Below, in pieces: positions 57,422-64,000 of a stretch of 64,000 nt of DNA; within the stretch, counting starts at the first letter, position 1, and the number at the start of each line of letters is the position of its first letter. Made by a program: the position numbers and the translations under genes. The stretch lies in NCBI GenBank assembly GCA_963664195.1, contig OY760907.1, positions 3,776,353 through 3,840,352 of the forward strand. Reading direction: 5' to 3'. The stretch is from an uncultured candidate division Zixibacteria bacterium (GTDB taxonomy: Bacteria; Zixibacteria; MSB-5A5; GN15; FEB-12). The notes under the pieces were generated by a model. It made no database searches and had not been told where the DNA came from. It worked only from the letters and a program-made list of their open reading frames with translations.

Positions 57422-59821
57422 CTAAGCAGTTTGCTCTGAGGGGAATCTCAAGCGAAATGTGGCCCCCTCCCCCGGTTTGCTTTGAACCGAAATGACTCCC
57501 CTGTGCATCTCGACTGTCTTCCTGACAATGGCCAAACCAACGCCGCTTCCGGTAGTCGGTTTAGTCGAATAGAAGAAGTCGAATATCCGCCCCAGATTCT
57601 CTTCGGGGATTCCAATCCCGTTGTCACGGACCTCAATCAGAATATCCTGATGGGCTGCCTTACACACGATCTCAACGGATGGCTCTTCGGCACCGGCAAC
57701 AGCATCAAGAGCATTGCTGATCAGATTCGACAGGACGATTTCGAGTCTCGCGGCGTCACCAGCGACCGGGAAGGAGCCGTTCCTGGAGAATACCATGTGA
57801 ACTCTCCCGGCGTCGATCCTCTCGCGGTGACGATCTATCGATGCAGCTATAACGGTCATCAGATCAACTGACTCTTTTTGGCAAGGTTCTTCCAGATGAA
57901 CATACTCCGTGATACGACGAGTCAGCTCAATCGCCTTGCTTGCAGAGCATTCGATCAGGTTGTGCGACCTGGCCAATTTGTCTGGAGAGATAGCCTGCGG
58001 ATCCCCCGATTTCAACAGCGATATAGCGTTCCTGATAGGCGACAGAGCGTTGCCTATTTCGTGCGCAATACCGCCGGCGATATCCCGTGCCTGACGAAAC
58101 TTCTCCTGAGCCACCAGTTGAGCCTGAGCCTCACGCAGGGCAGTCTGTGCCCTCTCAAGTTCCGTTTTCTGCTTGCTGATAGTAAGAAGGTTCTTTCGGG
58201 TGCGTGCCCGGTAGTGATTCGTCGTAATCAGTCCTAATAGCAGAAAGATCAGACTGATCAAAATGTAATTCTTGTAACGGAAATACAGAACAGTCAGCGT
58301 ATCCCACCATCCGCGCCGTTCAATCTGCAGGAACTGCGCTTGTTGTCCGGACACAAGAAGCAACTGCGTCACCCTTCCGGCAGAGTCATAGGAGATCGGC
58401 CCCGGTTCGCCGGCAAACTCAAAACGGGCAAGTTGTTCGAAGTCCTGGCTGTAGATACCGTCACTGAATAGCAGCGCATCGTCATACCCCCCTATGCTCA
58501 CGGGGCCGTGACAAGTCGTCATCTGGCTTGAAAGGGAGTCTGATACAGCCAGGAGAGTCAGAGCGGTATCGTAAACCCGCAGTCGATGATCACTGTGATT
58601 GGCGAATACACAGACCTGTCCTGTTTCTTTACAGACAGCCGTCCACATCGTCGTGACCGGGCTATCGAGTTTTCGGGTCGTCGTCATCCTGCCCGTACCA
58701 TCGAGCACAGACAACCTGAAGGTACCGTCCGATATGCTTTCATTGCTCACCTCGCCCCTAAGACTGTCCAGATGCGCCGGATCAACAGGATCAAACTCGT
58801 GTGCCAAATAGAAGCTGTGCCCATCGGGATGAGCAATCAGTCCCAGATAAGCGACGTTGAACTCGACAATAGAGTTGCTTATCACCTGTCCACAGGTATC
58901 AACCACCGAACAGTACTTAAAGAGTTCATCGAAATTGGCATCCGATTTCCCCTGGCGTGATCCCTGCGCGGCAAAGATGATTCCCGGAGCAGTGGAATCC
59001 GGCAGCCGAAACATGTTGGCATCCATATTGAAATTGACGGCAACGGGGAGCGACCATTCTACCGAGAGATCATCCAACTCCAGGCAATACAAAGTCCGAA
59101 CGCCGCTCTGTCGAATCGGCTGTACGTGAACAAACAACTCGACTCGACCGTCATAGTCATAGTCGTCGATCAATGGGATACTAACGGTAGGCTGCCACTT
59201 GCCCGGACCTGTACTGTCGTACCCGGCCTGGAGAAATCTCTCCCGCGTGTGAGCTGTGAACGGATCGCAACGTATTACAAACGCCGAGTCATTGCGAAAG
59301 CCGGTCACCATAACGACATCACGGCCTCCTGTTGAATCCCGGTAGCAGGTGGACCTTACCGGCGTGATTGATACGGCGGCAAGCCGGAGCAGGTTCATCG
59401 ACGGAAACTCCATCATATCGATTACCATCGTCTGATCTTCCCAGCGGGACGGAATGTTGTGTCCGATATACCTGGCCTGCGAAGTATCATCATGACGCGC
59501 ACGCCACGGCAGCGCGACAGCATTGGTTGGACGCGCGTCCGATTTTGCGCCCAGAGACTTGAGAACTGCGGCTCGAAAAGGAAGAAAAGCCGTGTCCTCC
59601 ACCTGTCGGACATTGAGTGTCTCTACTTCCTGTGCCGTGGCCGGACAAGCAGGCAGGAGAAGACACAGAGAGAATGTCACCACACACAGAATCAGACCAA
59701 CGACCCCGGCTGGAGATGCTTTCTCGCCCGGCACTGCGTGGTCTGGGGAGTAGGTCACAAGTATGTCCTCATATTGGCCACGAATCCCGAAGTAGCTTGA
59801 GCCACGGGCAAGGCCAGCCAC
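57422..59821 (-). CDS. Orphan membrane sensor histidine kinase with large extracytoplasmic domain
   Basis: Hydrophobic leader; DYDYDGRVEL FG-GAP-like motif; TM helix; AHEIGNAL, DNGIGI, GSGVGL; start uncertain. Confidence 0.88.
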   Translation of the reverse strand: MAGLARGSSYFGIRGQYEDILVTYSPDHAVPGEKASPAGVVGLILCVVTFSLCLLLPACPATAQEVETLNVRQVEDTAFLPFRAAVLKSLGAKSDARPTNAVALPWRARHDDTSQARYIGHNIPSRWEDQTMVIDMMEFPSMNLLRLAAVSITPVRSTCYRDSTGGRDVVMVTGFRNDSAFVIRCDPFTAHTRERFLQAGYDSTGPGKWQPTVSIPLIDDYDYDGRVELFVHVQPIRQSGVRTLYCLELDDLSVEWSLPVAVNFNMDANMFRLPDSTAPGIIFAAQGSRQGKSDANFDELFKYCSVVDTCGQVISNSIVEFNVAYLGLIAHPDGHSFYLAHEFDPVDPAHLDSLRGEVSNESISDGTFRLSVLDGTGRMTTTRKLDSPVTTMWTAVCKETGQVCVFANHSDHRLRVYDTALTLLAVSDSLSSQMTTCHGPVSIGGYDDALLFSDGIYSQDFEQLARFEFAGEPGPISYDSAGRVTQLLLVSGQQAQFLQIERRGWWDTLTVLYFRYKNYILISLIFLLLGLITTNHYRARTRKNLLTISKQKTELERAQTALREAQAQLVAQEKFRQARDIAGGIAHEIGNALSPIRNAISLLKSGDPQAISPDKLARSHNLIECSASKAIELTRRITEYVHLEEPCQKESVDLMTVIAASIDRHRERIDAGRVHMVFSRNGSFPVAGDAARLEIVLSNLISNALDAVAGAEEPSVEIVCKAAHQDILIEVRDNGIGIPEENLGRIFDFFYSTKPTTGSGVGLAIVRKTVEMHRGVISVQSKPGEGATFRLRFPSEQTA

Positions 59822-60045
59822 ATGCTAACAGGACTCCCGTGCTGAAGTTGCGCAGATACTCGATTATGCAAACAGGCCGAGTGAAATTGACTCCACAGAA
59901 TCAACTCTTTGCCTCACAACGTCTAATGATAGCCATACGTGTCTTGTTTGTCAAGGGCGCCAGTGTACCTCACCGGACGAGCGATTTCGCTTTCGCACAG
60001 AAGAGTAGCAACCGGCCGGATTCGAGTTGGACTCCACCAACCACA

Positions 60046-60078
60046 AAAGCCCTTAAGTCTGAGTGACCTAAGGGCTTT
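60046..60078 (-). terminator. Hairpin downstream of tRNA-Leu
   Basis: AAAGCCCTTA...TAAGGGCTTT inverted repeat. Confidence 0.6.
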
Positions 60079-60083
60079 GAATT

Positions 60084-60170
60084 TGGTGCCGAAGGGGGGA
60101 TTCGAACCCCCACTCCCTTGCGAGAACTGCGCCCTGAACGCAGCGCGTCTACCTGTTTCACCACTTCGGC
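60084..60170 (-). tRNA. tRNA-Leu(CAG)
   Basis: GCCGAAGTGGTGAAACAGGTAGACGCG-CTGCG-TTCAGGG-CGCAG, long variable arm, GGTTCGAATCC, CCA end. Confidence 0.96.
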
Positions 60171-60358
60171 ATTGTCTATCAGCAAATCGGGGAAAACATG
60201 GCCCGATCTGCCAGCGCCGTCCAATATAAGCGTAAGCCCCTAAAACGCAATAGATTTTTGGACCTAATCGTGTCCGCTGTCGACTGAGCGTCTCGGCCAA
60301 CGATCACAAGCCGGACCCAAGGTCACACTCAATCACCGGGTTGTAGCGCAATCGCCCG

Positions 60359-60948
60359 TCAAGGAAGCCCATTTGTAAACAGCCCCCCGGCAGTCGGCAC
60401 GTGAATAACTTGCCCTGTCAGCATGACGTCCCCCTCCTTCCAGATGCCGCAGCGAGGCAGGGACGAGAAGTCATGATTGTGGAAGCCATCACCGGCTCCC
60501 CGTTCATACACATGCAAGAATATCGGGAGATCGACCGCAACAGTCTGAATCGAGAGAATGCGAATACGCGAGTCGTTCTCCTGCGGTATTTCACGTGGGC
60601 CCAATAGCCGCCAGCTAGGGTCAAGATCACCGCAAACTTCATTCAGCAGAGGCGCCCCCGCTTCGAACCATACCTGCACCCCCCCAGATGGAAAAACACA
60701 GAACAGAGATCACAGACTTCACCCCATCGGACACTCGGCTCATCCATATGAAGGCGAGGACCAAGATTGTTGCGACAGCAAGCGCATGGAGCCACTGAAT
60801 ATCCCAAACGATCTGACGGGAATCAAATGGCAACATACTCCTTGTCGTGAAAGCAAATAGCCCGCACACAGTGTAAATGAGACAAGCGCTGCCGCAATCC
60901 CTGCACGACTCTTAATAAGTGATATCGCTCCTTTGCGGTCACAGACAT
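60359..60948 (-). pseudogene. Possible multiply frameshifted membrane-protein remnant
   Basis: GGGAGG RBS + ATG at 60948; hydrophobic segments continue across alternating frames. Confidence 0.35.
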
Positions 60949-61121
60949 CCTGACCTCCCTGACTGACCTTGAAGTGGCACCGAGACGCTGACGCATGTAT
61001 CTCCATGTCGTCCGCGGTGCAACAATCGAATCAGGGCTGCCGATGGTGAAACCTGAGCTACCGTGAACACAACCAAAGGCACAAAGGTCAGAGCACACGA
61101 CTACCAACCCTTGACACGCAC

Positions 61122-61150
61122 AAAAAAACCGCCCCCGGGCAGGGGCGGTT
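61122..61150 (-). terminator. Rho-independent terminator of sigma factor gene
   Basis: Minus strand AACCGCCCC-tgccc-GGGGGCGG followed by T7. Confidence 0.85.
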
Positions 61151-61174
61151 CTGACGATTGTTCGTTAACAATTT

Positions 61175-62029
61175 CTAGTTGAGATACGCTCGCAGAGAAC
61201 GACTGCGCGAAGCATGTCGTAATCGACGAATCGCCTTCTCCTTGATCTGACGCACGCGCTCACGCGTAAGCGAGAACCGTGCACCAATCTCCTCAAGTGT
61301 GAGCGCCTTTTCGTGATTCAATCCGAAATAGAGGTTGATCACCTCTGCCTCACGAGGCGTTAGCGTATCGAGTGCCTTCTCAATCTCCACCCGCAAAGAA
61401 CTGCTCAATAGTGCTTCGTCCGGCGAAGGCTGGAATTCGTCCTCAAGAATGTCAATCAGCGAATTGTCCTCGGAAACCGAAAACGGTGCGTCGAGAGACA
61501 AATGCGAATTGGATATCTTGAGCGTATCCGCAACCTCACCCTCGGAGAGTTCAAGTTCCTTGGCGATTTCTTCCGGCGACGGGACTCGTCCAAGTCCCTG
61601 TTCCAAGCGCGACGAGATTTTGCCGATCTTGTGCAGCGTTCCAACTCTGTTAAGCGGGAGACGCACAATTCGACTTTGCTCGGCCAACGCCTGCAAAATC
61701 GCCTGACGAATCCACCAGACGGCGTAGCTGATAAACTTGAACCCACGGGTCTCATCAAACCGCTTGGCAGCTTTGATCAAACCGATATTGCCCTCGTTAA
61801 TCAGGTCCGCCAGAGAAAGCCCCTGATTCTGATACTGTTTGGCAACCGAGACTACGAAGCGGAGGTTGGCGCGCGTTAGTTTTTCCAGGGCCTTCTTATC
61901 ACCCTGCTTGATCTTTCGCGCCAGACGCACTTCCTCCTCGGCATTGATAAGAGGAGTTTCCCCGATCTCACGCAGATACAGGTCCAGCGACCTGTCCTCA
62001 TCGCGATATTTTAGGGATTGTTTTGCCAC
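61175..62029 (-). CDS. RpoD/SigA-family sigma70 factor lacking region 1.1
   Basis: [47 protein letters not shown]. Confidence 0.96.
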   Translation of the reverse strand: MAKQSLKYRDEDRSLDLYLREIGETPLINAEEEVRLARKIKQGDKKALEKLTRANLRFVVSVAKQYQNQGLSLADLINEGNIGLIKAAKRFDETRGFKFISYAVWWIRQAILQALAEQSRIVRLPLNRVGTLHKIGKISSRLEQGLGRVPSPEEIAKELELSEGEVADTLKISNSHLSLDAPFSVSEDNSLIDILEDEFQPSPDEALLSSSLRVEIEKALDTLTPREAEVINLYFGLNHEKALTLEEIGARFSLTRERVRQIKEKAIRRLRHASRSRSLRAYLN

Positions 62030-62109
62030 AGGTTACTGTTAGCTCCTTCTGTTATTAGGACTCGACCTTACAGTCGAAGGCCCTCCCCGGGCCGGTTCTG
62101 TTTACTCTA

Positions 62110-63615
62110 TTACTGTCTGACAACCTTGCGAGCAATGGCGCCATCAGGCTCCTGAACGATCATCGGAATCCGACCGCTGGCCGTACCGATTTCACTGGCG
62201 ATAGTACGAATATCGCCGACCGAGTTGACTGCCCTGTTGTCCACCTTCATTATTATCGATCCAACTTCAATCGAGGCCCGGTACGCCGGACTTCCGGTGT
62301 ATACACGATAAACATACACACCAGGTGCATGTTCCGCGCCAATTTCACGCGCGATCTCCGGCGTGTAGTCTATAACTTCCATGCCCAACCAGAGTTCTGA
62401 GTCAATTCGAGAAGGATCGTCACTCTGTGGGGCGTTCGCCAAATAGGTATCCCGATCACCAATCATTGTGTTGAGTGATACCAGGTCACCGTCCCGCATT
62501 ACGTCCACTGGTACGACAGTTCCCTCTCGAATAGTGGCCACCAAGACCTGAAATTGGTTGGCATTTGACACTTCGTTGCCGTCAATACCAACGATTATGT
62601 CTCCGCCCCGGATGCCTGCCCTTTCCGCAGGTGATCCGGCCAGAACGGAATCAATCAGGGCGCCTCGAATCGCGTCCATCCCCTGGCGCTTGGCTTCTCG
62701 CTCGGTCACATTATTGAGCCATACGCCCAACCAGCCACGGGAGGCCTTGCCCTCGGCGATCAAGTCCGGCACTATGGCACGGGCCAGATTGATAGGTATA
62801 GCAAATCCTATACCCACTGAGGAACCGGTCGGGCTTGAAATAGCTGCATTTACGCCGATACACTCGCCCCTCAGGTCAAGCAGTGGTCCTCCGGAGTTGC
62901 CGGGATTGATCGCTGCATCGGTCTGTATGTAGTTCTGATAACGAGGCGTTTCACCGCCAAAATGAAGCGAGCTGCGTCCCTTGGCCGAGACCACTCCCAC
63001 CGTTACAGAACGATCCAGCCCCTGTTGCGGGAAGGGATTACCGATAGCAATGGCCCAGTCACCTACTTTGATGCGCTCAGAGTCTCCAAACGGAATCACC
63101 GTAATATCTTCTTCCGGCGTAACCTTTATCACCGCCAGATCAGTCTGCGGATCAGTACCAACCATTTGGCCTTCGTATTCGTATCCCGAGGCGGTTCTCA
63201 CGGTCATTTCAATCGCGTCTTTAACAACATGAGCGTTAGTCAGAATGTATCCATCCTGACGGAAAAAGAACCCTGAGCCGAGTGATGTCGAATAGCCGCC
63301 GCCGCGAACCCACCAGGGCACTTCTCGTTCACGGGTTTTGGCCGAGATATTGACCACTGCGTCCGCCATCTCCTCGACAACACTTACAAAAGGAGATTCC
63401 TGCGTACTACCGCGGTCCACGACAGGAAACAGTCCTGTTTGACCGATATTTCTCGGCACTTGTGCTACGGTTTTCGGCGTCAGATCGAGGTTTGAAGCGA
63501 TCAGAATGCCGAAAACGGTAAAAGCCAGCGCCAGACTGCAATAGGCAGCCCATCGCCCTCCCCTGCTTCGCCTGCGGGGTGAGGGATTCTGTGGATCTCT
63601 TATCATTTCCACCAA
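62110..63615 (-). CDS. HtrA/DegP (Do) serine protease with two PDZ domains
   Basis: GSGF, TNAHV, DLAV, QTDAAINPGNSGGPL; N-terminal TM helix; start uncertain. Confidence 0.95.
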   Translation of the reverse strand: MVEMIRDPQNPSPRRRSRGGRWAAYCSLALAFTVFGILIASNLDLTPKTVAQVPRNIGQTGLFPVVDRGSTQESPFVSVVEEMADAVVNISAKTREREVPWWVRGGGYSTSLGSGFFFRQDGYILTNAHVVKDAIEMTVRTASGYEYEGQMVGTDPQTDLAVIKVTPEEDITVIPFGDSERIKVGDWAIAIGNPFPQQGLDRSVTVGVVSAKGRSSLHFGGETPRYQNYIQTDAAINPGNSGGPLLDLRGECIGVNAAISSPTGSSVGIGFAIPINLARAIVPDLIAEGKASRGWLGVWLNNVTEREAKRQGMDAIRGALIDSVLAGSPAERAGIRGGDIIVGIDGNEVSNANQFQVLVATIREGTVVPVDVMRDGDLVSLNTMIGDRDTYLANAPQSDDPSRIDSELWLGMEVIDYTPEIAREIGAEHAPGVYVYRVYTGSPAYRASIEVGSIIMKVDNRAVNSVGDIRTIASEIGTASGRIPMIVQEPDGAIARKVVRQ

Positions 63616-64000
63616 CCGGGTTAGCCTTTCATCTTAACGTCAATTTCATTTTGGGTCAAGGGAAATCACACATTGGGTGAAACACTTTTTCATCATACAC
63701 TTAAACGCATGAGCAGCAAAGAAGATGCAATCTTTTGACTTTCGCGATGCAGAATGTGAATCGGAACCACGGTTCCGGTTTGCGTCCGGAAGAACGTTCC
63801 GTGCTCGATCCGTATAGCCAGCGCCCCTTTTCCCTTTCCTAAGGCCCAGATGGGCTTGCAACGTCGCCACCAGCACAGTCCTTAATAGGTCGAACGCCCA
63901 GCTCACATCTTTAGCCTTTGTCGCCGATTGGCGGGAAATCGGGGAGGTTTTCGGGACCTTGTTGACTTATGCTGTCAAGAAGCCTACTTTTAGACCGATT

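Noticed and set aside
59923..60300. ORFs overlapping tRNA-Leu
   Set aside because: Explained by the tRNA and its downstream hairpin
63646..63906. 86-aa ORF upstream of the HtrA gene
   Set aside because: No RBS or recognisable motif; likely intergenic

Overview
Bacterial chromosomal window of moderately high GC. A FlgD-Ig/T9SS-like sorting tail and a short RpoD without region 1.1 suggest an FCB-related lineage such as Zixibacteria (inference only). Bases 1-40 kb hold a large, mostly minus-strand motility locus: flagellin (truncated by the window edge), two TPR-glycosyltransferases, fliW/flgL/csrA/flgK/flgN, flgJ-I-H-A-G-F, fliJ-I-H-G-F-E, flgC-B, motAB, a PAS kinase plus sigma54 activator, and a chemotaxis operon (cheB, cheA, cheZ, two cheY-like, cheR, receiver, HEAT protein) headed by a PP2C/anti-sigma/STAS partner-switch trio. 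Bases 40-64 kb are mostly housekeeping (der, tatC, nrdR, cutA, glyA, murA, Omp85-peptidase, Lon-like protease, rpoD-like, degP) with three tRNAs and several REP-like palindrome families. Most notable: (1) an AT-rich orphan RxxxxH (HEPN-like) ORF bracketed by 35-bp inverted and 35/36-bp direct repeats, with its own promoter; (2) two sigma54 promoters whose IHF-like site and tandem GGAAA-N3-TTTCY boxes are conserved at identical spacing; (3) a ~215-nt flagellin leader with 12 GGA motifs; (4) no flgM at its usual position, with candidate alternative regulators nearby. All calls are by eye; no database searches were run.
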